Virus record (IMG/VR): IMGVR_UViG_3300046167_000572
Coordinates: 1-54,815 of that record
Reading direction: 5' to 3' (one strand)
From: a virus
Taxonomy: Duplodnaviria; Caudoviricetes
Length of the DNA: 54,815 nt
In this document: positions 1-10,441 of the stretch, piece after piece
Layout of the letters: each line of letters begins with the position of its first letter
Numbering within the stretch: position 1 is the stretch's first letter
Notes under the pieces: generated by a model
Database searches by the model: none
The model's input: the letters and a program-made list of their open reading frames with translations, nothing else
Told to the model about the DNA's origin: nothing
Translations under genes and position numbers: made by a program

Positions 1-312
1 TTTGTTACAACCCCTATCTTTAGCCATCTCTTCAATATATTTCATATATCTCCTGTTAGCATTGTCTCTCTTGTCATATGCCACCCAAATTAACAATGAC
101 TTAGTTGGCTGAAAAACACTTGGCTTTTCCTGTAGGATAATAAAACTTTCACAGGGATTTTGTTCTATATCTATGTGAAGCTCTGCTATCCCATTTACTA
201 TAGCTGTGTATATATCTTCTGGTCTCCATTCTGGGTTTGCGACTTTTTTTATTTCCCGCAATCCAGGCTCTATGAATTCCCAATAAATTCTTACATCAAC
301 TTGAGTTAACAT
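1..312 (-). CDS. GNAT-like (acetyltransferase-fold) protein, N-terminal part; continues at 54723-54815 across the circular junction
   Basis: Hand translation from ATG at 312 gives MLTQVDVRIYWEFIEPGL...LLIWVAYDK...YIEEMAKDRGCNK with no stop up to base 1. It joins in frame to VELWTPW... at the right end. The 'A.D.GC.KVE' pattern and the position between tail and ejection genes fit podovirus GNAT-like genes. Confidence 0.7.
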   Translation of the reverse strand, partial: MLTQVDVRIYWEFIEPGLREIKKVANPEWRPEDIYTAIVNGIAELHIDIEQNPCESFIILQEKPSVFQPTKSLLIWVAYDKRDNANRRYMKYIEEMAKDRGCNK

Positions 313-353
313 TTTTCTTGTAAGATATCACTTTTTATTACATGTATCAAAGC

Positions 354-686
354 TTATTCCTCTGGTGGATGTACATAATCTATACCATAAATCATAGCAG
401 TAAATATGGTATTTAGGTCGCTTTCTTTTTCTGAAAATATTGCTATAGCCCACTGTAGTGCAATGTCATTAGTAACAGAATCTATATGCAACATCTCATC
501 ATCAAGTCTCTTTACTCTACTGTAAGGTGAAAAAGTTACCCAATCCTCTTTTGTTGCAGAAACGCTTTCATCATCTGTTCTTACGGCTGTTATGTTTACA
601 ACAACCTCAGTAATAACCTTTATTCCATGAACCATATCTGAGTTCAGTCTTACAAATTCGTATGTGTAGTTAAATTCATGAATCAT
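354..686 (-). CDS. Hypothetical tail-fibre-associated protein
   Basis: 110-aa ORF directly downstream of the long tail protein gene. Confidence 0.55.
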   Translation of the reverse strand: MIHEFNYTYEFVRLNSDMVHGIKVITEVVVNITAVRTDDESVSATKEDWVTFSPYSRVKRLDDEMLHIDSVTNDIALQWAIAIFSEKESDLNTIFTAMIYGIDYVHPPEE

Positions 687-687
687 A

Positions 688-3600
688 TTAGAATACCGTT
701 GTTACCGACCAAGTATCTTGTGTTTCTCCAACCTGGAGTATTGCATTTCTTGTATTAAATCCAGCACTGCTAGACAGTAGCTGTATAGTTATTTGATCTC
801 CGTTGCTTACAGTCCTTGCTGCGTTTGAATAAGCACCACCATTGATACTAAACTCTGCACTCGTGTGAGTTCCTGTGAGGAATGATGCCGTAGCACTTGT
901 GAAGGATCCGCTAAGAGTTTGCGTATTACTTGTTATTGTTGTGTTTTTTGCTTGCCCGTACTTATCAGTAAAAGTAAATTGATTAGGAGTGTTGACTCCA
1001 AACTTCATAAACCTTGCTTCCACATAATCTACATAGGCTGGATTGCTGTCACCCTGACCCCTAATAAAAAAGTTTAGAGTTCCACTTCCCTCATATCTAA
1101 ATGTTAGAGGTATGTTAGTGGTGTCCGCAGATGATACAAGCCTTGATTGACTAACGTGTCCTGGTAGTTTTTCTATCAATGGTGTTATATAAACTATATG
1201 GGATTGAGATTCACTGGGTGCTGTTGTATCTCCATTTGTAGACGTGTGTGTATTTACATCATATGGAGCATTTGATGTTGGACTTCCATTGTTTCCAAAA
1301 TCGCCATCAGATATAAAAAAGTTTACTGTTTTGACCTGACCTGCTCCGCCCTTTGCTCTTACAAATCCAGTGTAGAATCCTGCTCCAGTTCCTATCTCTG
1401 CTACATGAGCATGTCTCATATCATTATAATAAAACCCACCAATTTCTGTTCCTGATTTCTTTCCGCCTTTTGTTGGCAGTGCAAAGTTATCTGTATTTAC
1501 ATTTTCTACAGTTATGGTGTTTGCTTTTATTTTCCCGCCTTCGATGGTCGTGGTGTTATTGTTTATGTCAGCAGCTGTTCCGCCTGCCTCTACGGGTGTA
1601 ATTGTTAACTTGTTAGCAGAGATTGTGCTAGTTTGTATATTACCGCCGTGGATAGAAGTTTGTCCGTCTGTAGACAGATTGCCTTCAACAATTATGTTAT
1701 TAGCACTTATTAATCCATTAACATCTATTCTTGCCGCATCTATAGTGTCTGATGTTATTTTTGTTGCACTTAGACTATCAATTTTTGCATCATCAATAGC
1801 AGCGTTGCCTATTTTGGCGTTGGTTATAGCTCCGTTTTGTATAAATGCGTCTTGCATATAAACACCAGCTGGAACACTTACTCCGTTTAATGTTGTTGCA
1901 GAGCTTCTAACTATAAATGGCGAAGATATAAAACCACCATTAGGTGATACTATTTGAAAGCTATCAGTTTGAAAAGTTACATCAACAGTTCCTGTGCCAG
2001 CGGATGCATTATTTTCAATAACCATGCCGCCGATTCTTGGTGGATTGCTCCCTGCTGCTACCTGTAATACATAGGCTGCCGCTGCATTACCTTCTATATC
2101 TGCAACTGTTGAAGATAGCTGTGTAACGCTTGAAGAAACACCATTAACATCACTGGTGATTTGGGTTATAGCAGAAGCATTTGCTGTTATGTTTGTTCCC
2201 TGTTGATTAACAGAAGACTGTAAAGAACTAATAGCTGTTGACTGTCCAGATATATCATCATCATTATTTGTGATTTGAGACTCAAGCGATGTGATGCTAT
2301 TATTTATAGCTGTTATATCTCCATCATTTAAAGTTACCTGTGCTTGCAAGGACGATACTGAGCTGGACAGACCAGATATATCCGTATCATTTCCAGAGAC
2401 AGATGTTTGTAGTGCTGTTATATCACTAGCTTGTGAGGTTATAGATCCTTCTGCTGTGGTAACTCTACTATCTAATCCACTAATAGCACTAGAGTTTGAA
2501 GTTATTGTTACCTCTGCCGCATCTAAATCTGTTTGTATGGTAGTTACAGTATTATCCAATGATGTTACATCGTTAGATATGCTTGATATAGAATTGCCTT
2601 GAGTGCTGACCGTTGACTGTAAAGAAGTTATAGCACCAGAGTTAGCAGATATACTTCCATTAGCTGTTGCCAGGTTGTTTGTTAATGTTGATATATCAGA
2701 TGAGTTAGAGGTTATATTATTGCCTTGAGTGCTAACAGTGCTTTGTAGTGTGCTTATGGCTCCTGCGTTGACAACTATACCCTCATCCCTTAATAGCTGC
2801 CACTCTCCTGTTGCTATCTCATCAGCCGTAGCTGAATAAGCTCTATATACTTTATTATCATCATTTGTATTTATCCAAAGATCCCCTATTGACGTTGCTG
2901 TTGGAACGCTGCCTTGAGCGAAGGTTCTTGTCTTTGTGTCTACCTCTGTTGATAATGTGTTCAATGATGTTTGTAAAGCCGTTACATCGGTAGCCGCTGC
3001 CCTTGTTGTAAGGGTCGATTCGTTTGAGGTAACTCTTGTATCTAAACCTGTTATAGCTGAAGCGTTGGTTGATATGTTTGTATTTGCATTATTTACAGAC
3101 GTATTTAAAGAAGTTATAGACGCATTAATTGCTGTTATATCACTATCATTTGCAGACACAGAGCTTTGCAAAGTAGATATTGCAGATGTGTTTGTTGTTA
3201 TGTTTCCCTCTGCGGTTGTTAGGTCTGTTTCCAAAGATGTTACATCTGATTGCAAGGTAGATATATTTCCATTTGCTGTAGATATAGAGCTTGTCAGCCC
3301 AGTGATAGCACTAGAGTTGGCTGTTATATTTCCCTCTGCGGTTGTTACGCTTGACTCAAGGGCTGTTATATCTGACTGTGCAGTAGTTAAAGTACCATTT
3401 ATGGTTGACACGCTAGATGTCAGCCCAGTGATAGCACTAGAGTTGGCTGTTATATTGGTGTTAGCTGTGGATAAACTGTTAGTAAGAGAGGTTACGCTTG
3501 ATGATACAGATGTTATATCTCCATCGTTAGCTGTTATCTGATTTTGTAAACTATTTATTGATGAGGCATTACTCGTTATGTTGCTATTAGCTGTAGACAA

Positions 3601-4791
3601 GCTGTTAGTAAGGGATGTTATATCTTGTGAGTTTGTAGTTATACTGCCCTCAGCAGAAGTTACCCTTGTTGTTAAGTTAGATATAGCAGAGGCATTAGCA
3701 GATAAACCAGTCGTTCCGTCTGTTATGGCTGAATTTAAAGACGTTATGTTTACTGATGTTGATATATTAGTAGCACCAGCGACACCAGCAACTAAAAGTA
3801 TATTATCAGCATTGGATTCAATAGCCAGCTCGTTTGCGTCTATCTGTGACTGCAATGTTGTATCAACGGAAGATGCTGCTCCTGAAGATGTTGTTGACCA
3901 AGAAGACCCCGTATAAATATATATCTGATTATTGTTATCAGTTTCAATCCAAATATCTCCAGCCTGAAGAGAGCTGTTGTCGTTTCTGTTTTGCGGTGGA
4001 GTTTCAGATCTTATTGTTTGCGTAGCTGTAGTTGTTAGGGTGCTTAGTGTTGAAGCCAATGATGTTATATCGCTGGCTGCTGTGTTTGCTGTAGACTGTG
4101 CTGACGTTGCTGCTGCCTGTGCCGTATCAACGGCTGTATCTATAGATGTAACCGCGTTCTGTAGTGCTACCGTTTGAGAATTTAGGTTTACAGTTATGTC
4201 TGAATTTAATGTTGCAAACCCTGGAAGCTGAGATATTGATTCATTGAGCTCGCTCATAACTGCACCAATATCTATTGCAGTTGATGCCTCTACTCCATTT
4301 ATAGAATTAAACCCACTTTTCTTTCCGTTAGAGCTTACATTTCTAAGCCAGTAGTATCTTGTTTGACCCGTCCCAACCTGATGTGAAAACACCGCTGCAC
4401 TTACAGATGCTATAAATGTTTTTGTTGCAAAAGTGTCCGAGGTATTTACATAAATCTCTGTGTGCGAGTGTCCTCTATAAAATGGACTATCCCAAGAAAT
4501 TAATATGTTTTCAAAGGCTCCGTCTGCTGTAACCCCTGTTGGGACTGTTGGCTCTTCGCCCTGATCCTCGCTGCCTCCTATAATAACAAAGCTAGAACCT
4601 CCAGACGTAAAAGAGAAATTTCTTTTTGCTATACCTGAATCAATAAGATCTCTGAAAGTTACTGCTGAATCGAGCTTATCTCCTTTTTCGCCTTTGAGCT
4701 GTGCTATTGAATCATTAAGTGAATTAGCAAACCTTTTGCCTTCGTTATCGAAACTTCTTGGTACAACAAAGGTTCCCCTTGTTTTAGCCAT
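688..4791 (-). CDS. Long tail fibre / host-specificity (J-like) protein with FN3-like N-terminal domain, long coiled coil and C-terminal beta domains
   Basis: FN3-like 'PTGVTADG.FENILISWD...YYWLRNV'; about 600 aa of 21-aa-period S/T/N-rich heptads; J-like C-terminal 'AGVYMQDAFIQNGAITNAKIG'. Confidence 0.8.
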   Translation of the reverse strand: MAKTRGTFVVPRSFDNEGKRFANSLNDSIAQLKGEKGDKLDSAVTFRDLIDSGIAKRNFSFTSGGSSFVIIGGSEDQGEEPTVPTGVTADGAFENILISWDSPFYRGHSHTEIYVNTSDTFATKTFIASVSAAVFSHQVGTGQTRYYWLRNVSSNGKKSGFNSINGVEASTAIDIGAVMSELNESISQLPGFATLNSDITVNLNSQTVALQNAVTSIDTAVDTAQAAATSAQSTANTAASDITSLASTLSTLTTTATQTIRSETPPQNRNDNSSLQAGDIWIETDNNNQIYIYTGSSWSTTSSGAASSVDTTLQSQIDANELAIESNADNILLVAGVAGATNISTSVNITSLNSAITDGTTGLSANASAISNLTTRVTSAEGSITTNSQDITSLTNSLSTANSNITSNASSINSLQNQITANDGDITSVSSSVTSLTNSLSTANTNITANSSAITGLTSSVSTINGTLTTAQSDITALESSVTTAEGNITANSSAITGLTSSISTANGNISTLQSDVTSLETDLTTAEGNITTNTSAISTLQSSVSANDSDITAINASITSLNTSVNNANTNISTNASAITGLDTRVTSNESTLTTRAAATDVTALQTSLNTLSTEVDTKTRTFAQGSVPTATSIGDLWINTNDDNKVYRAYSATADEIATGEWQLLRDEGIVVNAGAISTLQSTVSTQGNNITSNSSDISTLTNNLATANGSISANSGAITSLQSTVSTQGNSISSISNDVTSLDNTVTTIQTDLDAAEVTITSNSSAISGLDSRVTTAEGSITSQASDITALQTSVSGNDTDISGLSSSVSSLQAQVTLNDGDITAINNSITSLESQITNNDDDISGQSTAISSLQSSVNQQGTNITANASAITQITSDVNGVSSSVTQLSSTVADIEGNAAAAYVLQVAAGSNPPRIGGMVIENNASAGTGTVDVTFQTDSFQIVSPNGGFISSPFIVRSSATTLNGVSVPAGVYMQDAFIQNGAITNAKIGNAAIDDAKIDSLSATKITSDTIDAARIDVNGLISANNIIVEGNLSTDGQTSIHGGNIQTSTISANKLTITPVEAGGTAADINNNTTTIEGGKIKANTITVENVNTDNFALPTKGGKKSGTEIGGFYYNDMRHAHVAEIGTGAGFYTGFVRAKGGAGQVKTVNFFISDGDFGNNGSPTSNAPYDVNTHTSTNGDTTAPSESQSHIVYITPLIEKLPGHVSQSRLVSSADTTNIPLTFRYEGSGTLNFFIRGQGDSNPAYVDYVEARFMKFGVNTPNQFTFTDKYGQAKNTTITSNTQTLSGSFTSATASFLTGTHTSAEFSINGGAYSNAARTVSNGDQITIQLLSSSAGFNTRNAILQVGETQDTWSVTTVF
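3292..3456. repeat. 39-bp exact direct repeat (3292-3330 and 3418-3456) in the coiled-coil coding region
   Basis: TGTCAGCCCAGTGATAGCACTAGAGTTGGCTGTTATATT occurs twice, 126 bp apart. TTTCCCTCTGCGGTTGTTA also occurs at 3203 and 3329. Confidence 0.85.
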
Positions 4792-6458
4792 TAGACTATC
4801 TCCTGTGGACTCTCATAAACACAAACTTCATTAACTATGTCTGTTCCTTCTAATTGTATCTCAAAAGATTTAGCCTTATATCCTCCAGGTAATCTAAATA
4901 TATTTTCACTTGTTACGGCTTGTGTATGCTTTAAATTTCCATCAGCATACATTTTAAAAGTAAGTGAGCTATACGACTCTGCACTAACTTTTGCTATTCC
5001 TGGTGACAGCGGTCTATTTGTATAAAATTCTTTAGATTTCCAAAGATAAGATCTGGGAGTTGTGCCCTGTACAAATTTTTTAAGAGTTCCGTTTATTACC
5101 AAATATAAAACATCTTCTTGTCTATCGTTATATCCTGCGGTTGCATAAAAGTCTAAGTTAACAAAAGCATTCTTCTGTCCCCTAGGATCAAATAGAAATC
5201 CTCTTTTAGTGGAGGGGTTTGTTCCGTCCCACGTGAATCCAATATACTTTCCTTCATACTCGTAGCCATCCACATTCTCTGGGTAATAGTCTTGCCACTG
5301 ATCTCTTGTCATTATTTGTTCAGTTATAAGCTGTATTCCTGAATTTGATGCTAGCACCAATCCATCTGGAGAAGAGTAAATCGCATACTCTCCCATGTCT
5401 ACTAAAGATCTTTTATTACTACAGGGCAGATTTGCATCTATTTCAACCATAGCCATAGAGCTTGGATCTGTTCCAGAAGCCATTAATGGTTTGCCTTTAG
5501 TTGTTATAAGAAGACCCGAGGCGATAGATGCTATAGCAACAATATCGTCTTTTGTCGTTAACTGATTACCAAGTGGGTATGAGTGTGGTAAAAATGCTTC
5601 ACTAAATAGTAAAGTATTTCCTGAGAAGCCTGACGTAATACCGTTTGGCATAGTAGTAAGCCCTAACATTGGTCCGTCTGGATGTGATGCTGTTACATCA
5701 TCTGGCGGTGCAAGATTGTCGGCTGATTCTATTTCTTCCCCGAGAACATCATCCAGGACAGTATCGCTAATTGCATGTGCTGTTGTTGTTGTTGTGTCTC
5801 CAACAAACCTAAACACACCATTAACATCTGTTCTATAAATCCTTCTTTTAGCTATTGAGTAGTTGCCTGATGTTATCGCGGGAAGGGTTACTGTTACGGT
5901 TGAGCCGTTCGATGCGTCAACAATGTCGCTTGAGGTGACTGCGGATGGAGGACCTTCCTCTCCAAAACTTGTAACCTCTGTGTATAAATAGGCTCTTGAG
6001 CTGATTGCAGCACCTGGATCTGCTGATGTATTATCGACAGCTATGCTTGTTATTGCTGCTGGACTTGGAAGACCAAGCCTAAATGTTGCAGTTGGATAGG
6101 GACCAGATCCTGAAAACAAAGTAGAGCTATTGCCGTACTTAGGAAAAGTACCATAGCCAGTAAAGTAGAATCTTCCATATTGGTCCTCTTTTATAGGGCT
6201 GTTAATAATGTCAACATCATCATCAAATGTAAGCCATTGATTTGCGGTTACTTTGTGTATTGTCTTTGTTGTTCCTGATATATCACTTGCTGGATGCGTG
6301 CTTGGCTCTGATGCATCATTGACATCTATTGGCAAGCCTTCTATTCTTCCTGAATCCAAAAAAACATTTTGTGCGTCCTGAGCCATATCCTCTGGTATAA
6401 GTCTTGGAGAGATCTTTTTGTTTATCCCGCTAAATGTTGTAAGTTTAAATCCAGCCAC
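4791..6458 (-). CDS. Tail nozzle / stabilisation protein (tail tubular B-like)
   Basis: 555 aa; N-terminal 'FSGINKKISPRLIP..AQDAQNV', 'FSEAFLPHSYP' and C-terminal 'WKSKEF...FRLPGG' match podovirus tail nozzle proteins. Confidence 0.7.
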   Translation of the reverse strand: MAGFKLTTFSGINKKISPRLIPEDMAQDAQNVFLDSGRIEGLPIDVNDASEPSTHPASDISGTTKTIHKVTANQWLTFDDDVDIINSPIKEDQYGRFYFTGYGTFPKYGNSSTLFSGSGPYPTATFRLGLPSPAAITSIAVDNTSADPGAAISSRAYLYTEVTSFGEEGPPSAVTSSDIVDASNGSTVTVTLPAITSGNYSIAKRRIYRTDVNGVFRFVGDTTTTTAHAISDTVLDDVLGEEIESADNLAPPDDVTASHPDGPMLGLTTMPNGITSGFSGNTLLFSEAFLPHSYPLGNQLTTKDDIVAIASIASGLLITTKGKPLMASGTDPSSMAMVEIDANLPCSNKRSLVDMGEYAIYSSPDGLVLASNSGIQLITEQIMTRDQWQDYYPENVDGYEYEGKYIGFTWDGTNPSTKRGFLFDPRGQKNAFVNLDFYATAGYNDRQEDVLYLVINGTLKKFVQGTTPRSYLWKSKEFYTNRPLSPGIAKVSAESYSSLTFKMYADGNLKHTQAVTSENIFRLPGGYKAKSFEIQLEGTDIVNEVCVYESPQEIV

Positions 6459-6461
6459 GCG

Positions 6462-6944
6462 TTAATCCTGTTTATCGTTTGATGAGTTAGAAGCACCAAA
6501 ATAAAAAGATATCACAGCACTAGCCAAACCACCTAAATATCCTAAAACTAAATTTATTAAAGCTTCGCTGTTTTGCTCTGGTGGCTGCAAGGTAACAAGA
6601 AAGATGTAACCCATGAATCCGCCAACGACTGCTATTCCCATAATTCTTGCTGTCCAATCTTTACTAAACTTGTTCCTGGCATCCTGTCCATCAGCAACCT
6701 CTAGCCTAAATACATCTACATCTAGCTCTCTCATCTGAACTTCAAATGCCTGCTCTGCTTTTTTTAGCTCAAGCATTTGTTCTGGTGTTGCTTCTTGTAT
6801 GGCTTTTTGTATTGACTTAGGTGTGTTGGGAACGCCCAAAACTTCAGATATCATATTGGCTGCCATGCCTCCCATTGGTCCGCCCAATGCAGAACCCAAG
6901 GTTGGGGCGACTGCACCTACTATGTTTTTTAATAATGCTTTCAT
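6462..6944 (-). CDS. Holin-like membrane protein (3TM type)
   Basis: Gly-rich hydrophobic N-terminus, 'DARNKF..DW', two C-terminal hydrophobic helices ending 'SFYFGAS'. Confidence 0.6.
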   Translation of the reverse strand: MKALLKNIVGAVAPTLGSALGGPMGGMAANMISEVLGVPNTPKSIQKAIQEATPEQMLELKKAEQAFEVQMRELDVDVFRLEVADGQDARNKFSKDWTARIMGIAVVGGFMGYIFLVTLQPPEQNSEALINLVLGYLGGLASAVISFYFGASNSSNDKQD

Positions 6945-6952
6945 AATTCCTC

Positions 6953-8701
6953 TTAAACTGTATATATGATTAAAGGCTTTTCTTTTCCTTTAACTTTTAT
7001 TGGTTCTAACAATTTTAACTTATTATTGACTTTTTTTGCAGTTGATTCGCCAATCAATATATCTACGCCCGCCTCCTTGGTTGCTGACTCTAATCTAGCA
7101 GCTGTATTTACACAGTCACCAATAGCAGAATAATCAAATCTAGTTTGTGATCCCATGTTTCCAATAACTGCATATCCAGTATTTACTCCAATACCAATTG
7201 CTATTGGTTCTGGTAATTCTTTTTGCAACTGTCTTATTGCTGTTCTCATATCTTGTGCACAAGCTACCGCTCTCTTCTCATGCTGATCTAAATATAGTGG
7301 TGCTGAAAAAATAGCCATACATGCATCGCCAATAAATTTATCTACCATACCACCATGAGCCTGAACGCATTCCACTTGAACTGTTAAAACCTTGTTCATA
7401 ATTTCTGTTACTTGTTCTGGTTCTAGCTTCTCACTTAAATTTGTAAAGCCTCTAACATCTGTAAATAAAAATGTTGCTTCTTTTTTTTCTCCCCCGAGTT
7501 TCAGGAGGTCTGGATTTTTTTGTAATTGTTTAACTTGTCTTGGATCTAGATAATGTTCAAATTGTTTTTTTATCTGTTGACGCAATTTATGCTGCTTTCT
7601 AAAGTTCAAATAGAACGCAATAGCTCCAGTTATAAACTGAGACACAAAAGTCCACGAAAAATCTATCAAAAACCCTTTTTGAATGCTAATAACTCCTGAG
7701 AGCCCCGTGGTTAACAGCAAAATTACTGCCATACATATGCCCTTAGTAACACCAAGATAATTAATTACAAGCCATGTCAGAGACACGAAAATTCCAAAAA
7801 TTGCAATTTCCAACGCCAAAGCAAAATCTGGAACCCTTGGAGAGTTTTTTACAAGAATTGACTCAGATAATGCAGCTTGAATTTTATGTGGTTCTAATAA
7901 TCCAACTGGGGTTGCTATTTGTGGTGAGATTCCTGGAGCAGTAACTCCAATAAAAACAAACTTATTAAGAACATTCATTTCATCCAATGTGGTTTCTGGT
8001 GTTCTTATCCAACTAATCCACTTTCTTCCCAGTGAATCTGTTTTAACAGGATCTAATCCTTTCACCCTTATCTCTTCTATACCAAGCTCATTGCTTTTGA
8101 TGACATAAGTATCTGCACCAACGAGTGCTTTTAAAACCTCCGTGCCAAACGCGGGAACATATCCGTCAGGTGTTTTTAATAATAGAGGTATTCTTCTGAC
8201 AAGATTGTCTATATCGGTAGGTGCAGTTGCAATACCCTGTTGTATATAATTTCTAAGGTTGTTAGTATTTTGAACTACACCTTTGGATAACATACCACCT
8301 TTACCTGTACCCAGCATTACAGTTCCAACTGTTTTTGGGTATATTTGATTTGGGGCTTCAAACATTGCCAATATTGATGTACCTTGTTGTAAAGACTCTG
8401 CAAATTCTTTATCTCCCCCGAGTCGATCTGGGTGAGGAAATGCAATAACCCAACCCACCCCCAAAGCACCAGCATCTAATATATCTTTATTTATTTGTGC
8501 AAGCCTGGATCTTGGAACTGGATATCCGCCCTCTTGGTTTATAAAATCTTCATCAAGATTTATGACTGTAAAATAACCAGATGGATCCTGTTCTTTGACT
8601 AAAGCATCGTATATTTTTAATTTAAGTATTTCTGTAGGAGTGCTTTTAAATACTAATGGCATTCCTAGTATTATAAGTATTGTGAATAGTATACGTTTCA
8701 T
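6953..8701 (-). CDS. CHASE2 sensor + 3 TM + class III adenylate cyclase
   Basis: CHASE2-like 'GGYPVPR..LA', 'DIDNLVRRIPL', 'TPVG'; three TM helices; cyclase motifs 'FTDVRGFT', 'DKFIGDA', 'GIGVNTG', 'YSAIGDCVNTAARLE', 'VKGK'. Confidence 0.93.
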   Translation of the reverse strand: MKRILFTILIILGMPLVFKSTPTEILKLKIYDALVKEQDPSGYFTVINLDEDFINQEGGYPVPRSRLAQINKDILDAGALGVGWVIAFPHPDRLGGDKEFAESLQQGTSILAMFEAPNQIYPKTVGTVMLGTGKGGMLSKGVVQNTNNLRNYIQQGIATAPTDIDNLVRRIPLLLKTPDGYVPAFGTEVLKALVGADTYVIKSNELGIEEIRVKGLDPVKTDSLGRKWISWIRTPETTLDEMNVLNKFVFIGVTAPGISPQIATPVGLLEPHKIQAALSESILVKNSPRVPDFALALEIAIFGIFVSLTWLVINYLGVTKGICMAVILLLTTGLSGVISIQKGFLIDFSWTFVSQFITGAIAFYLNFRKQHKLRQQIKKQFEHYLDPRQVKQLQKNPDLLKLGGEKKEATFLFTDVRGFTNLSEKLEPEQVTEIMNKVLTVQVECVQAHGGMVDKFIGDACMAIFSAPLYLDQHEKRAVACAQDMRTAIRQLQKELPEPIAIGIGVNTGYAVIGNMGSQTRFDYSAIGDCVNTAARLESATKEAGVDILIGESTAKKVNNKLKLLEPIKVKGKEKPLIIYTV

Positions 8702-9822
8702 TAATTAGTTTGAGTGATTTTAATAGTGCTACCTGTTCCGCCGTTTACTTTAATAATATTAGAAGTGCCGTCTTGTAAAAAGATAATAGTATAGCTCTGA
8801 GATGAGTCTACATCTAACCTAGCAGTATCGCTTACGCTACGCATAATGGTCAACACCTCTCCTGTTACAAAAGAGGTTATTTGTGTGTTTAGATCTTGAC
8901 CAAATTTAGTTCCAACTATATTGATAGATGTTGCGTCTTGGGCTAGCTGATCTTCCTGCTTTATTTCTTGTAGTGCATCTATTACATCTAATAAGTCTTC
9001 TAAGAAATTTACATCTAAATAGTTTATATCTAGCTCTGTAAACTCTAGATCTTTATCAGAATCTAAAAAGTCTTCTTCCAGATAATCTATGTCCAGGTCA
9101 TCAAAATCTAGAATGCTTTTTTTGTTTGTCTGAATAGAGTCTTCTATTACTTGTTCTTGCTTTGGTGGCGTTACTATTAGCATGTTGTCTATCAGGTCTA
9201 GAGTTAGGTCAAGTATCACTGGTGGGCTTGGAGATTTTTCAAAGACATCAACTGTTGTTGCCTGGTATGGTTTATTAAGAGTTACTGAACCTATTGCCGT
9301 GGTGACTATTATTTCCCCGCTTGCAACACCCAGTTCATTTGGCAAAAGGATTAATAATGATCTGCCTATCTCATCTACAGTAACCGTAAAGTCAGTACCG
9401 CGAATTGCTATGTTAGCTGTTGGCGTTTTAAGATCTATATTGTTCTTGTCTATTTTGTTTAATCCGCCAGTAATAAACCTAGCAGTACCAAGTCCAAACG
9501 TAATAGCCATTTTTGATTTACTGGGGTTGGGGTCAAATATATATTCGTCTATAGTTAGAGTTGAGTTCTCTGTTAACTTTACCTGAGACTCATCAAGGAA
9601 GGTAATAGCCATGCGACCATTAGTAGTAATAGCTTCATCATTCTGCTGTATATCAAATCTTTGTTTTGCCTGATATGGCTTGTCTCTTATAACCTGTGCT
9701 GAGCCCGTGAGCTCAGATATATTTCCTATATCAACAGCCTGTGGAGGTTCCGCCATCGTTCTGAACGACACAAATAGTGCCATTAGAACCAGTAGAGTTA
9801 ATCTGTAACCAATCAGAAGCAA
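8701..9822 (-). CDS. FecR-domain periplasmic protein (start uncertain: TTG 9822 or ATG 9783)
   Basis: 'ITFLDESQVKLTENSTLTIDEY' and 'KTPTANIAIRGTDF' are FecR-domain signatures; hydrophobic signal-like N-terminus. Confidence 0.8.
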   Translation of the reverse strand: MLLIGYRLTLLVLMALFVSFRTMAEPPQAVDIGNISELTGSAQVIRDKPYQAKQRFDIQQNDEAITTNGRMAITFLDESQVKLTENSTLTIDEYIFDPNPSKSKMAITFGLGTARFITGGLNKIDKNNIDLKTPTANIAIRGTDFTVTVDEIGRSLLILLPNELGVASGEIIVTTAIGSVTLNKPYQATTVDVFEKSPSPPVILDLTLDLIDNMLIVTPPKQEQVIEDSIQTNKKSILDFDDLDIDYLEEDFLDSDKDLEFTELDINYLDVNFLEDLLDVIDALQEIKQEDQLAQDATSINIVGTKFGQDLNTQITSFVTGEVLTIMRSVSDTARLDVDSSQSYTIIFLQDGTSNIIKVNGGTGSTIKITQTN

Positions 9823-10441
9823 GAGTTGAAGACTGTATGATGTTGAAGGTTCTACTGTTTCCCGTTTGATCAAGGTAGAAATATCCTCCTGCATAACCAC
9901 TTCCTGTAAAATTAACTGTATTGCTGTCGCCATCAACATCTACATAGTTAGTGGCACCATCATAGTTTATATCAAAATCAAATGTGTTGCTGTCGCCATT
10001 GATGATCCAATCAAGATCTAGATTTTCACTGAGTGCACTTACTCCTGTATCTAAGGTAAATGTATTAGAATTTCCAGTTACATCAACATTATAATCTGAA
10101 CCACTTATGCCGTAAGTATCTGTTGGATCTGCTTGAATTGTGAAGGTGTTGCTATCGCCGTCAAACTCAAAAAAACCCGTTACGTTATCGCCATATATAT
10201 CACCTAGAAATTTATTAGTATTACCTATTTGATTAATATCAAGTGTTAAATTAAGTCCATCAAGATCTAGTGGTGTGAGGGTTCCTGCTATTGAATTAAG
10301 ACCTCCAATAATATTAGATGATCCTAGTTGTTCTAAATCTATGTTAGCTGTAGCTCCTGATTGGTCAACATATATTTCGTTGTCAGCCGCGTATAGCGGA
10401 AACACAATCATCATCGCAGTTAATAGTTTTAATGTTTTCAT
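9731..10441 (-). CDS. Secreted curlin-like beta-repeat protein
   Basis: Signal peptide MKTLKLLTAMMIVFPLYA, then 'DNEIYVDQSG' and repeated 'Q.G.SN / GDSNTF' units; adjacent to csgG/csgF. Confidence 0.7.
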   Translation of the reverse strand: MKTLKLLTAMMIVFPLYAADNEIYVDQSGATANIDLEQLGSSNIIGGLNSIAGTLTPLDLDGLNLTLDINQIGNTNKFLGDIYGDNVTGFFEFDGDSNTFTIQADPTDTYGISGSDYNVDVTGNSNTFTLDTGVSALSENLDLDWIINGDSNTFDFDINYDGATNYVDVDGDSNTVNFTGSGYAGGYFYLDQTGNSRTFNIIQSSTLASDWLQINSTGSNGTICVVQNDGGTSTGC

